Shown: in pieces, positions 50,678-64,000 of the stretch
Numbering within the stretch: position 1 is the stretch's first letter
Layout: each line of letters opens with the position of its first letter
Origin: Eledone cirrhosa
Lineage: Eukaryota
Direction: 5' to 3'
DNA length: 64,000 nucleotides
NCBI GenBank assembly: GCA_964016885.1
Contig: OZ024758.1
Location: forward strand, 23,622,001 to 23,686,000
Notes under the pieces: generated by a model
The model's input: the letters and a program-made list of their open reading frames with translations, nothing else
What the model was told of the DNA's origin: nothing
Databases searched by the model: none
Position numbers and translations under genes: made by a program

Positions 50678-51433
50678 GGTCCCTGGCCTGGCAGTGCTAC
50701 CGAGGAGCTCTACCAGTTCGTGACAAGCTCTACAGACATGGGCGCCCGGGAAGGGACCCTGCAAAAAAGATCTGTTCGAGGTGCGTGCGAGACGAAGAAA
50801 CCGTCGCGCACGCATTCATACACTGCCCGAGCGTCACTGACCTGTGGGGCTATGTGGAACGACTATTGTCGCGGGTGGGACCAATCCAGTTGACCACCGA
50901 GTCCATTGTCATGATCAAACCGCCACCCTCCTTCAAAAACGAAGGAGAGGCGGTTTTCCTTTGTGTGATAGCTATGGCGAAGAGGTTGTATGGTGGACAA
51001 GGTTGAAATGGCTGAGGTCAGACACTTTTCTCTCCGGCCAACAACTGATTCTTTTTTTCAAATACCACTTTGGAAGAAGAATCAGGATGGAGAGAGAGGT
51101 TCTGTACCCCAGCAAGTTTTATGAAAGGTGGGTGAAAGTGGCGAGAATGGCCCGAGTGAATGGGCCTTCTCTCTACATCAGCCTATAGGTTGAGGAGGAG
51201 AGGAAAGGAGTACAAACTCTTGGTACTCCTGGAGATGAGGGTTGCACATTTTTTTTCGGGGGTATGTGTTACCCATACGTAATGTCTCCCCCTACGTAAT
51301 GTCTCTCCCTATTGGGGAAAATCGACTAATTTTTAAATTGCATTTGTGATAATATTTTACACGTTTTCATTGTATGTAAACTTCCCCCTTTGTATTTGTC
51401 CCCTTCTTTTGTGCCCTTGTGGCTAATAAAGAA
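50678..51433 (+). mobile_element. L1/Tx1-type LINE 3' fragment, frameshifted
   Basis: CSRC..DEETVAHAFIHCP is a CCHC zinc knuckle (zf-RVT-like); frameshifted ORFs 50785..51006 and 50844..51188; AATAAA at the end; 5' flank is a (TATC)n-like tract. Confidence 0.8.
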
Positions 51434-52230
51434 ACATATCTATCTTAGATAGATAGCGAGGCAGGTGAGAGAGAGAGAAATGTCACTACAGTAATTTCAA
51501 TAATATTCTATTTTACGACTAATAAAAACACCGCCTTTGAAAGGAGAAATCAAATACTGGACATTTATTATTGAGCCTCTATTGAACTGTCTTTCCTTAT
51601 TACATTCAATACTAAATATCTATTGAGTGTTTACAGAGTGGAATTATCCGGAAAACAACGTTGTTATTATTCGGTCGTCAAGTATGAAATTTGTAGAAAT
51701 ATGTAGAAAAAACAAAAACAAACAAATTTCTACAAATTTCATACTTGACGGCCCAATATTATCGTTATTATATGTTGTCACGAAATTTGACTGATTTATA
51801 GAAATATTTGGCCCAGAGGTCAGTGATTCTTTTTTTTTTTTTTTTGTCCCTTATTTGATTATTGAACAGCTTGTATGACTGGCCATAATTATCTCTGGAA
51901 TTAATGGTTGCATATGAAGTGTAAAGATAAAGAAAGTACAAAGAACAGACGATAGATGTATATCTTGCAACACGCATCAATCATTTAATTCCAATAAGCA
52001 AACATCTCTACTATCAAACAATTAATCTGTAATTTCCTTATGTGTTCAGTCAGTTCCATCAATATTGACTTAGTATTAGTGTAACTCAATTCAAACCAAT
52101 AAAGCTACTAATTTGAGCTCTAAATTGACAATAATACTACAGTGAATATATTTTATTTGCTGTATATTTAATTTACTTTCAAGGCATTTATTACTATTAC
52201 TATATCGTATGCTTTTTTCCCCATATCGTT

Positions 52231-52266
<36 letters not shown>

Positions 52267-52479
52267 TATATATATATATATATATATATTGATAAGCACA
52301 AAAATCTAACATATTTTATGTTTTAATTCCTTACATTTGTATGTGTGTGAATATATATATATATATATATTATATATATTATATTATATAGAGAGAGAAA
52401 TTACTATGTTTTAATTCTTTCAATTCAATCTAATTTAAATCAAAACAAGTTTCCTATCATTTGAAGGCTAACATCTTTG

Positions 52480-52920
52480 ATACTTACATCCTACCAGTTG
52501 TGTTATATGGTCTTGACTGTTAATTAGACGACAAAGTCACTTCAAAAGCTCTCTACATTCCAGAACCACATCATGAGTCTTATGACTGGCAAGCGGCTCA
52601 GCAACCGTATCTGTATCAGTGAGCTGCTCAACATTACCAAACTTAGACCAATTATATCAATTGTCAAGTCAAGAGTACTCAAACTATACGGCCATATAAA
52701 AAGATCAACTCGTGGTGTGAGTAGTTTATGCCTGGAAGGAAGGTTGGCTGGTAAGAGAAGCAGAGGCCGGCGGCCAAAACGATGGCTTGATAATGTCAAT
52801 TTATGGACTGGACTTGATCTTTGCTCTTTGAACTCTGCTGATGGTGATCGAGCTTTGTGGAGGGAGATATCACATGTTAATGCGCAGTCTGCAAATGGCG
52901 GAGTTTAGCGTCACAAGAGA
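52480..52920 (+). mobile_element. RTE LINE 3' fragment
   Basis: LKLYGHIKRS...LEGRLAGKRSRGRRPKRWLDNV (ORF 52573..52908). Confidence 0.82.
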
Positions 52921-53920
52921 ATTCAAATCAGTTGTGTGTACGTATGTATAAGCATGGCTGGCTGAAGCTAAATAAGGCCTTCCACCATCTCACTCTAGTA
53001 TACACAGAAAAATAAGGTTAGGACTAATGGAATAAAATTTGGTTTCGTAATGGCAGCACTTCGGTAAATTCATATTTTTTGGGTGACAGAGATATATTTT
53101 TTTTTGCTATTAAAACATCTCCATTATTACAACAAAGACAGCAAAATTGCTTGTCTCTCTCTCTGTATTTATTTATCTATCTTTCTTTCTGTCTCTCAGT
53201 CTGTCTTTCTCACTTTAATCCTTTCTCTCTCTCTGCATACCATTCTGATTACCTTTGTTTGATTCGGCCATTTTTCTATTAAGCAGACGATAGTTTTGAA
53301 CAGGCCTAGCATTACATATAATACTGTGGTGCAAGCTTAAAAAAAATACATTTCTAGAAACATGTATTTATTGAATGTACTCATACCTCAATACTGAAGC
53401 AACCAATTACATGTTTTCTCCTTACCACGATTTATTCGATTTTCGGATTATACATGAAGTTATGCCAAATAACCGCCAGGCAATGTTCTGTCAAATCAAT
53501 GCTATACTAACACGTTACCCATATTTTATTATCTGGAGACATAGACTAGTAGTAAATAAAGATAGATAGATGGACAGAATTGTAATGGCTGCAATGAGGA
53601 ATACAGCTCAGGAAAGAATATATATCTATTATTAGAACAATTCTTTACAGCTAAATGCAGAGATCTATATATGTATTTCTAGTCGTAGATACATATTGTA
53701 GTGATACATGTAAAATGAGGCTTTAAAAATGTCTGCTAATACAGTTAGTTATCAATATTTGTTACGACATGTCTCTTTAGCAATATAATGTGTTTACATG
53801 TATTTTAATATTTGTATTTCAGTTTATGTTGATATCGTTATCATTCTTTAACTCAAAGTCTGCTCTGCTGAAGCAGATCTCGGATGAAAGGTAGAAGTGC
53901 ACTGGGCAGTAGATAGTAGA

Positions 53921-54089
53921 CAGGGCCTATAAAAGGAGAGGGTTGCCCAGCCGGTACTTTGTCCTGGGGTCCAAGAGCTAAGAAGGCTCCACAGCAACCA
54001 TGCAACATTCGTTTTGAAAAAAATCTTTGCCTGCCTCGGGCCCCAAAGGGGTCTTGTACCGCCTTGCAAAATTTCTCTTTGAGGCCCTG
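53921..54089. mobile_element. Short hAT-type MITE
   Basis: CAGGGCCT / AGGCCCTG ends; TSD ATAGTAGA/ATAGTAGG. Confidence 0.75.
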
Positions 54090-54792
54090 ATAGTAGGTGA
54101 CTGGGACAATATAAAAATACATGCACCTGTTGGGTGTCTCTTCGGTTTTAGTATTAGTCAGGTAACTAGGGCGGTGGATTGGCAGTATTGGTAGAGCGTC
54201 GGACACCCGGCTTCGCGACATAGTTACGGCCCTTTACGTTCTGGGTTCAAATCCCGCCGAGGTTAACTTTGTCTTTCATCCTTACTGGGTCGATAAAATA
54301 AAGTACCAGTAATGCACTGAGGTCGATTTAGTCGACATTCCACACCCCAAAATTGCTGACCTTGTGCCTCAACCAGAAACCATTATTAGTCCCTCGGTTA
54401 GTTCGTTTTATTTGCTCCATCGTGTATTCTAAACGAAGAGGAGACACAGAGCATCAAAAATAATCATTGAGAAGGTCACAGAATATGACGAAAGAGCGTT
54501 GACAATTAAATACCCACTCGGTTACTAAACTGGCCGAGAAATAGATTAGTTACCTGACCAATAAGAAAACTGAAGTGAAACTCAACTGGTGTGTGTGTTT
54601 CGAGGTTGACTTTGCCTTTCATCCTTACGGGGTCGATAAAATAAAGTACCAGTAATGCACTAGGTAATTGCTGGCCTTGTGCCTAAAAGTAGAAACAATT
54701 ATTTGTTTTAACATACGAAATGAAGTCTTCATGCGCTGAAATTACAAGGACCTCCAGAGGTTTACTGATTAGAAGGGACTGTCTTGTGTTAC

Positions 54793-54912
<120 letters not shown>

Positions 54913-55369
54913 GAGAGAGAGAGAGAGAGAGACATTACATTCCAAAATACAGATGTCATGTTTTATCAACTATTTAGTGTATATCATTCATTTTTATTTC
55001 TACAGGAGAGAACACGGATACATGACAAAATCCATAAATTTATGAACTACATATTATATCTTTAGTATCTTTTGTCGAACAGATAACATTTTTCCCTCTG
55101 AAGATGTATCGGATTATTTCATATTTCAAAAGTAAGCCTCGGCTCGGATGGCGATGTTTCTGACCATACTGGAGCATCACTGCAGTTGAATGGTTATATA
55201 ACTAAATCAAATACAGTATAGATAACATTTACAAGAGAATGTTTGTGGTTGCTAAAGAGTATTAGGTAGATAGTATTAGATTTCTGGTGGAAACAACGGT
55301 CTGTTAGGAATTATGTTCATGATATGGAGAACTGTGGAGGATATTTACGACAAACGAATTATCGTGATC

Positions 55370-58240
55370 AATGGAGAAGAATAGAGAGACAAAGAATAAC
55401 AACTAGAAAGAGAGAGTGTGGGGGATAGGGAAAGGTGCATAATAGGAGAGGAAAAGCGTGAGAGTGGCAGAGGGGGAGAATAAAGAGAGAAGAGAAAGAA
55501 TGATGGAAAATAACAACCAGAGACAGACAGATAGATAGAGAGAGGGAGCAGGAGGGAGAGAGAGAGAGAGATAGAAAGGATGGGAGGAGAGAGAACGAGT
55601 CAGTGTATAATACAGGAAGAGATTGAATGAGAGGGGCAGAGCGAGAGAAAAGATACAGAAGAGAGAGAAAGAAGGGGAGAGAGACGAGGGAGAGCGAGAG
55701 AGAGAGGAGGTAAGAGGTAGAGAGAGAGAGAGGTGTAAGAGAGAGAGAGAGGGTAGAGGGAGAGAGAGAGGAGGTAAGAGGTAGAGAGAGAGGTGTAAGA
55801 GGTAGAGAGAGAGAGAGGTGGTAAGAGGTAGAGAGAGAGAGAGAGAGAGAGAGAGGGTAGAGGTAGAGAGAGGTGTAACAGGTAGAGAGAGAGAGAGAGG
55901 TAAGAGGTAGAGAGAGAGAGAGAGAGGTGTAAGAGGTAGAGAGAGAGAGAGTGTAAGAGGTAGAGGGAGAGGTAAGAGGTAGAGAGAGAGAGAGAGAGAG
56001 GTGTAACAGGTAGAGAGAGAGAGAGAGGTAAGAGGTAGAGAGAGAGGTGTAAGAGGTAGAGAGAGAGAGAGAGAGGTGTAACAGGTAGAGAGAGAGAGAG
56101 AGGTAAGAGGTAGAGAGAGAGAGAGGAGGTAAGAGGTAGAGAGAGAGAGATGTCTTTTCTGTGCTAGATCTGTATGATAGTTGAAAAGACCAATCTCTGA
56201 ATAAAGACATTTGCCAAGGGAACATAAGATAATACTGGAATAAAGTGTGTGGCAGCACAGCAGGTACATAGATACACACATACATACACACATACATACA
56301 CACATACATACAGCAGGTACATAGATACACACATACATACACACATACATACAGCAGGTACATAGATACACACATACATACACACATACATACACACATA
56401 CATACAGCAGGTACATAGATGGCAATACATACATACACACATACATACATACAGTAGGTAGATAGATGGCAATACATACAGCAGGTACATAGATACACAC
56501 ATACATACATACATACATACATGGGAATACATACATACACACAGCAGGTACATAGATGGCAATACATACATACACACATACATACATACAGTAGGTACAT
56601 AGATGGCAATACATACAGCAGGTACATAGATACACACATACATACATACATACATACATGGGAATACATACATACACACAGCAGGTACATAGATGGCAAT
56701 ACATACATACATACATACATACATACAGCAGGTACATAGATGGCATACATACATACATACATACAGCAGGTACATACACATACATACATACACACAGCAG
56801 GTACATAGATGGCAATACATACATACATACATACATACATACATACATGGGAATACATACACACATACATACATGGGAATACATACATACACACATACAT
56901 ACACACACATACATACATGGGAATACATACATACATACAGCAGGTACATAGATGGCAATACATACATACACACATACATACATATACATAGATGGCAATA
57001 CATACATGCATACAGCAGGTACATACATACACATACATACATACACACAGCAGGTACATAGATGGGAATACATACATACATACATACATACACACACATA
57101 ATACATGGGAATACATACATACAGCAGGTACATAGATGGCAATACATACACACATACACACATGGGAATACATACATACATACATACATACATACATACA
57201 TACAGCAGGTACATAGATGGCAATACATACATACACACATACATACACACACATACATACATGGGAATACATGCATACATAGATGGGAATACATACATAC
57301 ACACATACATACACACATACATACATGGGAATACATACATACATAGATGGGAATACATACATACACACATACATACATAGATGGGAATACATACATACAC
57401 ACATATACATACACATACATACATACATGGGAATACATACATAGATGGGAATACATACATACACATACATACATACATGGGAATACATACATACACACAT
57501 ACATACACATACATTCATACATGGGAATATATACATACATACATGGGAATACATACATACACATACATACATACATGGGAATACATACATACACACATAC
57601 ATACACATACATTCATACATGGGAATATATACATACATACATGGGAATATATACATACATACATGGGAATACATACATACACACATACATACACATACAT
57701 ACATACATGGGAATACATACACATACATATACATACATATACATACATACATACATACATACATACATGTGAGTACACGCACCATTGTAAACACATCTCT
57801 AACTCGCCTCACGAAATATGACATTTGTGAAGAAAGGAGTATTGTGTGTGTGTGTGTGTGAGTGTTTGTATGTGTGAGTGAGTGTCTGTGTGTGTGTGTG
57901 TGTGTGTCTGTGTGTGTGTGAGTGTTTGTCTGTGTGAGTGAGTGTCTGTGTGTGTGTCTGTGTGAGTGTGTGTGAATGTTTGTGTGAGTGTGTGTGTGTG
58001 TGTCTGTGAGTGTGTGTGAGTGTTTGTCTGTGTGAGTGAGTGTCTGTGTGTGTGTGTGTGTCTGTGTGAGTGTGTGTGAATGTTTGTGTGTGTGTGAGTG
58101 TGAGTGTGAGTGTCTGTGTGAGTGTTTGTCTGTGTGTGTGTGTGTGTGAGTGTGTGTGAATGTTTGTGTGTGTGTGAGTGTGAGTGTGAGTGTCTGTGTG
58201 AGTGTTTGTCTGTGTGTGTGTGTGTGTGTCTGTGTGTGAG

Positions 58241-58271
<31 letters not shown>

Positions 58272-58312
58272 CTGTGTGTGTGTGTGTGTGTCTGTGTGTG
58301 TGTGTGTGTGTA
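55370..58312. repeat. Low-complexity block: (GA)n-rich, then (CATA)n with higher-order units, then (TG)n
   Basis: Seen directly; source of the spurious 818/703/482-aa ORFs. Confidence 0.95.
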
Positions 58313-58686
58313 TATAATCTCTTTAAATCTCATTTCCAAAGTAAATCTCTACAAAGACGATGTTTTCCATTCCATAATATTCCTATTCCAAACAGAACAT
58401 CTCTGCGAGAAGTCAACAAACCCTATTAAGTTACAAAAAAAACCAAACCAGACAAAAATAAAACTGGATGGTCACGACTAGAAAGCCTTTCATCATATGT
58501 CTGCACAATAGAACTCTGGTCAGATTCTTCAGGACAATAATTATTGTTTGTGCTACCAGTATACATTTTAAAAACCAATTTTGTTGACCACACAAGACTT
58601 CCTCCAGATCTTTTATTCTAGTCTAGGAATAAAATTGCCATATTTTCCTCGAAGCAGAGCGAACAACGGAATGAAATATTCTAAGG

Positions 58687-59490
58687 CAGTCATGTCAAAC
58701 TGAGGGTTGACCGAGGGCCACGTGGGTCACACATGTGTTGTCTGAGGGCCACGTGGGTCACACATGTGTTGTCTGAGGGCCACGTGGGTCACATGTGTTG
58801 TCTGAGGGCCACGTGGGTCACATATGTGTTGTTTGAGGGCCACGTGGGTCACATGTGTTGTCTGAGGGCCACGTGGGTCACACATGTGTTGTCTGAGGGC
58901 CACGTGGATCACATGTGTTGTCTGAGGGCCACGTGGGTCACACATGTGTTGTCTGAGGGCCACATGGGTCGCATATGTGTTGTCTGAGGGTCACATATGT
59001 GTTGTTTGAGGGTCGCACATGTGTTGTCTGAGGGTCACATGGGTCACATGTGTTGTCTGAGGGCCACATGGGTCACATATGTGTTGTTTGAGGGCCACAT
59101 GGGTCACATAAGTGTTGTCTGAGGGCCACGTGGGTCTCACATGTGTTGTCTGAGGCTCACATGGGTCACATATGTGTTGTCTGAGGGCCATATGGGTCAC
59201 ATATGTGTTGTCTGAGGGCCACATGGGTCACATATGTGTTGTTTGAGGGCCACATGGGTCACATATGTGTTGTCTGAGGACCACATGGGTCACATATGTG
59301 TTGTCTGAGGACCACATGGGTCACATATGTGTTGTCTGAGGGCCATATGGGTCACATATGTGTTGTCTGAGGGCCACACACAACAACTAGTTGCGTACAT
59401 TACAACTAATTCTTTATATTTTATATTACGGAGATAAAACACGCTCGTGCTGTAAAAACCTTTGTGCGGGCCGCACGGTGGACATGCTTG
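58687..59490. mobile_element. Same hAT MITE family, with a longer 30-32 bp array
   Basis: TSD TTCTAAGG/TTCTAAAG; unit gtgttgtctgagggccac(a/g)tgggtcaca(ca)t. Confidence 0.88.
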
Positions 59491-59589
59491 TTCTAAAGGG
59501 GTTTACTGAAATCTGAGGGTTTTCATACATCTGTGTACTTGCTAGCCAGGTGTTGGGTATGATTCTAACGCCATTTCTATTTTCCATAC

Positions 59590-60018
59590 AGTGTCATTCA
59601 TGTCAAATGAGTAAGACCACCATTAACAGCACCACCGGCAATACTAGTCCATCTCATACCTGTGTGGATATTAATAGTGTCATTCATGTCAAATGAGTAA
59701 GACCACCATTAACAGCACCACTGGCAATACTAGTCCATCTCATACCTGTGTGGATATTAATAGTGTCATTCATGTCAAATGAGTAAGACCACCATTAACA
59801 GCACCACTGGCAATACTAGTCCATCTCATACCTGTGTGGATATTAATAGTGTCATTCATGTCAAATGAGTAAGACCACCATTAACAGCACCACCGGCAAT
59901 ACTAGTCCATCTCATACTTGGGTGGATATTAATAGTGTCATTCATGTCAAATGAGTAAGACCACCATTAACAGCACCACCGGCAATACTAGTCCATCTCA
60001 TACTTGGGTGGATATTAA
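59590..60018. repeat. 86-bp tandem repeat, 5 units
   Basis: Unit agtgtcattcatgtcaaatgagtaagaccaccattaacagc...ggatattaat. Confidence 0.95.
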
Positions 60019-60134
60019 TTTATTTTCACTTCCAGCGCTGGTCAAAGGGTTTTGTGGAAGACCAGCAGTTGTCCAGCATGTAAGCCTCCACCCACCGACG
60101 TCGTCCAACTGAAAGACAAAAACCAATTCAGCCT

Positions 60135-60501
60135 TTGTATGTGCGTGTGCGTGTGTGTGTGTGTGCGCCTTGGTATGTGTGTGTGTATGTATATATATGT
60201 GTGTGTGTGTGTGTGCGCCTTGGTATGTGTGTGTGTATGTATATATATATGTGTGTGTGTGTGCCTGTGTATGTATGTGTCTGTGTGTGTGTGTGCCTTT
60301 GTATGTATGTGTCTGTGTGTGTGTATGTGCCTTGGAATGTGTGTGTGTATGTATGTGTGTGTGTGCCTTTGTATGTATGTCTGTGTGTGTGTATGTGCCT
60401 TGGTATGTGTGTATGTGTATATATATATATGTGTGTGTGTGTGTGTGCTTTTGTATGTATGTGTCTGTGTGTGTATATGTGCCTTGGTATGTGTGTGTAT
60501 G

Positions 60502-60535
<34 letters not shown>

Positions 60536-61537
60536 CCTGTGTGTGTGTGTGTGTGTATGTATGTGTCTGTGTGTGTGCCTTTGTATGTATGTATGTATGT
60601 GTCTTGTTGATGAGATGGTGAGTAGAACTCTCGGACCTCTCAGTTACACCCCTTGTTACGTCAGGTTTCTTAAACGGGTGAACACATACACAGGTGCATA
60701 CATACAGTCACACACACAGACAGACACAGTCACACACATACATAGACAGACAAACACACGCACATCTGGCACACACACACACACACACACACACATACAT
60801 ACACACACATACAAAGGCACACACACACACACATATATACATACACACACACATACAAAGGCACACACACACACACACACATATATACATACACACACAC
60901 ATACAAAGGCACACACACACACACACACACATATATACATACACACACACATACAAAGGCACACACACACATACAAAGGCACACACACATATATACATAC
61001 ACACACACATACAAAGGCACACACACACACACACACATATATACATACACACACACATACAAAGGCACACACACACATACAAAGGCACACACACATATAT
61101 ACATACACACACACATACAAAGGCACACACACACACACACACATATATACATACACACACACATACAAAGGCACACACACACATACAAAGGCACACACAC
61201 ATATATACATACACACACACATACAAAGGCACACACACACACACATATATACATACACACACACATACAAAGGCACACACACACATACAAAGGCACACAC
61301 ACACACATATATACATACACACACACATACAAAGGCACACATACAAAGGCACACACACACACACACACATATATACATACACACACACATACAAAGGCAC
61401 ACACACACACACATATATACATACACACACACATACAAAGGCACACACACACATACAAAGGCACACACACACACATATATACATACACACACACATACAA
61501 AGGCACACACGCACACGCACACACGCACGCGCGCGCG
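60135..61537. repeat. (TG)n then (CA)n compound microsatellites in opposite orientation
   Basis: gtgtgcctttgtatgt-type units followed by acatacaaaggcacac units. Confidence 0.92.
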
Positions 61538-61582
61538 TAGTGACTCCAGCTCATTTATGTTACTTGGCTTTAACATTATTTT

Positions 61583-62735
61583 TGCAGTATCGGTAGAGGG
61601 TCAGACGCCATGCTTTCCAGCATAGTTACGTCCCTTTACGATCTGAGTTCAAATCCCGCCGAGGTTAACTTTGCCTTTCATCCTTACGGGGATCGATAAA
61701 ATCAAGTACCAGTAATGCGCACTGGGTAACTGCTGGCCTTGTGCCAAACCAAAAGTAGAAACAATTATATTTTGATTGGCAGTATCGGTAGAGGGTCAGA
61801 CACCATGCTTTCCAGCATAGTTACGTCCCTTTACGATCTGAGTTCAAATCCCGCCGAGGTTAACTTTGCCTTTCATCCTTACGGGGATCGATAAAATCAA
61901 GTACCAGTAATGCGCACTGGGTAACTGCTGGCCTTGTGCCAAACCAAAAGTAGAAACAATTATATTTTGATTGGCAGTATCGGTAGAGGGTCAGACACCA
62001 TGCTTTCCAGCATAGTTACGTCCCTTTACGATCTGAGTTCAAATCCCGCCGAGGTTAACTTTGCCTTTCATCCTTACGGGGATCGATAAAATCAAGTACC
62101 AGTAATGCGCACTGGGTAACTGCTGGCCTTGTGCCAAACCAAAAGTAGAAACAATTATATTTTGATTGGCAGTATCGGTAGAGGGTCAGACACCATGCTT
62201 TCCAGCATAGTTACGTCCCTTTACGATCTGAGTTCAAATCCCGCCGAGGTTAACTTTGCCTTTCATCCTTACGGGGATCGATAAAATCAAGTACCAGTAA
62301 TGCGCACTGGGTAACTGCTGGCCTTGTGCCAAACCAAAAGTAGAAACAATTATATTTTGATTGGCAGTATCGGTAGAGGGTCAGACACCATGCTTTCCAG
62401 CATAGTTACGTCCCTTTACGATCTGAGTTCAAATCCCGCCGAGGTTAACTTTGCCTTTCATCCTTACGGGGATCGATAAAATCAAGTACCAGTAATGCGC
62501 ACTGGGTAACTGCTGGCCTTGTGCCAAACCAAAAGTAGAAACAATTATATTTTGATTGGCAGTATCGGTAGAGGGTCGGACGCCATGCTTTCCAGCATAG
62601 TTACGTCCCTTTACGATCTGAGTTCAAATCCCGCCGAGGTTGACTTTGCCTTTCATCCTTACGGGGTCGATAAAATAAAGTACCAGTAATGCACTGGGTA
62701 ATTGCTGGCCTTGTGCCAAAAGTAGAAACAATTAT
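61583..62735 (+). repeat. Head-to-tail array of six family A SINE units, period 195 bp
   Basis: ttggcagtatcgg recurs at 61776, 61971, 62166, 62361 and 62556; first unit at ~61583. Confidence 0.95.
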
Positions 62736-63099
62736 TTTTAACAACATTTAGTAAACGTACAAGTTAGAATAGAAGCATTTAACAGAAGAATTTAAGCAAC
62801 TAACTACAACCAAAGAAATGTGCATACACTCGCTGTGATTACTCGATATCTGGTTATTGTATAAATATCAACTCACTTATTTGTCCTTATCGGTAGAATG
62901 TTCTAAAACAAAGCAGCCATCCAAGGATTTAGGGGATTGATAACTCATCAGAACTATTTTTAACCCGTTGACGTACACTCAACTGAAACAGAAGCCAATT
63001 TTTACAAATGATTTCCAACAGTTTATTTAGATATTCTTAGATCTGTCGGATCTGTTGGTTATCTTACACGACCTATACGGTATAATAACAGGTATATAA

Positions 63100-63476
63100 A
63101 ATATAATTGTTTCTACTTTAGGCACAAGGCCAGCAATTACCCAGTGCATTACTGGTACTTTATTTTATCGACCCCCGTAAGGATGAAAGGCAAAGTCAAC
63201 CTCGGCGGGATTTGAACTCAAACCGTAAAGGGACGTAACTATGCTGGAAAGCATGGCGTCCGACCCTCTACCGATACTGCCAATCAAAATATAATTGTTT
63301 CTACTTTTGGTTTGGCACAAGGCCAGCAGTTACCCAGTGCGCATTACTGGTACTTGATTTTATCGATCCCCGTAAGGATGAAAGGCAAAGTTAACCTCGG
63401 CGGGATTTGAACTCAGAATGGCAAGGGTCGTAACTCTATGCGTCAAAGCATGGCGTCCGACCCTCTACCGATACTG
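63100..63476 (-). mobile_element. Inverted family A SINE dimer; further + strand copies at 63497-63680 and 63817-64000
   Basis: Reverse complement of the last two array units, including the spacer acaattatattttgattggc. Confidence 0.9.
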
Positions 63477-64000
63477 TCATTATAATGTTATTTCGACGGA
63501 TTGGCAGTATCGGTAGAGGGTCGGACGCCATGCGTTCCAGCATAGTTACGTCCCTTTACGATCTGAGTTCAAATCCCGCCGAGGTTGACTTTGACTTTCA
63601 TCCTTACGAGGTCGATAAAATAAAGTACCAGTAATGCACTGGGTAATTGCTGGCCTTGTGCCTAAAGTAGAAACAGTTATTTCGACAACTAGGAATTGTT
63701 TATAAAAGGAAGAAAAAAAATGATTTTATTAACATAATCGTGATCTGTAACTTCTTTGCATAATTTTATCGAAAACATGCATTAATAAGCTTTTGAGGAA
63801 ACAGTCACAGAAGATATTGGCAGTATCGGTAGAGGGTCAGACGTCATGCTTTGCAGCATAGTTACGTCCCTTTACGATCTGAGTTCAAATCCCGCCGAGG
63901 TTGACTTTGCCTTTCAACCTTACGGGGTCGATAAAATAAAGTACCAGTAATGCACTGGGATAATTGTTAGCCTTGTGCCAAAAGTAGAAACAATTATTTC

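Noticed and set aside
55368-57824. Long ORFs of 818, 703 and 482 aa
   Set aside because: Translations of (TATG)n, (TG)n and (TC)n tracts that lack stops by composition; no domain or splice support.
60052-61625. ORFs up to 496 aa
   Set aside because: Pure microsatellite translation (CV/HT repeats).

Overview
This is eukaryotic, AT-rich, repeat-dense DNA. The SINE and MITE families and microsatellite load look like an octopod cephalopod (inference from recalled repeat families). Two spliced genes lie tail-to-tail. SNX16 (+ strand) is 5'-partial, with coding exons 13275-13361, 23434-23582, 24401-24470, 24699-24835 and 25879-26020, plus a probable 3'-UTR exon from 27271. NDUFA5 (- strand) is complete: 5 exons, 37848 to 33757, 116 aa. 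Almost none of the supplied ORFs are real genes; they are microsatellite or repeat translations. The rest is tRNA-derived SINEs, TTAA (piggyBac-type) and hAT MITEs, a Tc1/mariner relic, a Helitron-like element, RTE/CR1/Tx1/RLE-type LINE 3' ends, and many minisatellites that grew from transposon segments. The most interesting signal is a set of short fold-back (palindromic) inserts next to (TA)n tracts, from several unrelated sequence families, that turn around at or next to hammerhead-ribozyme motifs. One is a complete type I hammerhead at 47678-47748 (-), and a separate minimal hammerhead lies at 13011-13046 (+). All coordinates were counted by eye; repeat boundaries are approximate.
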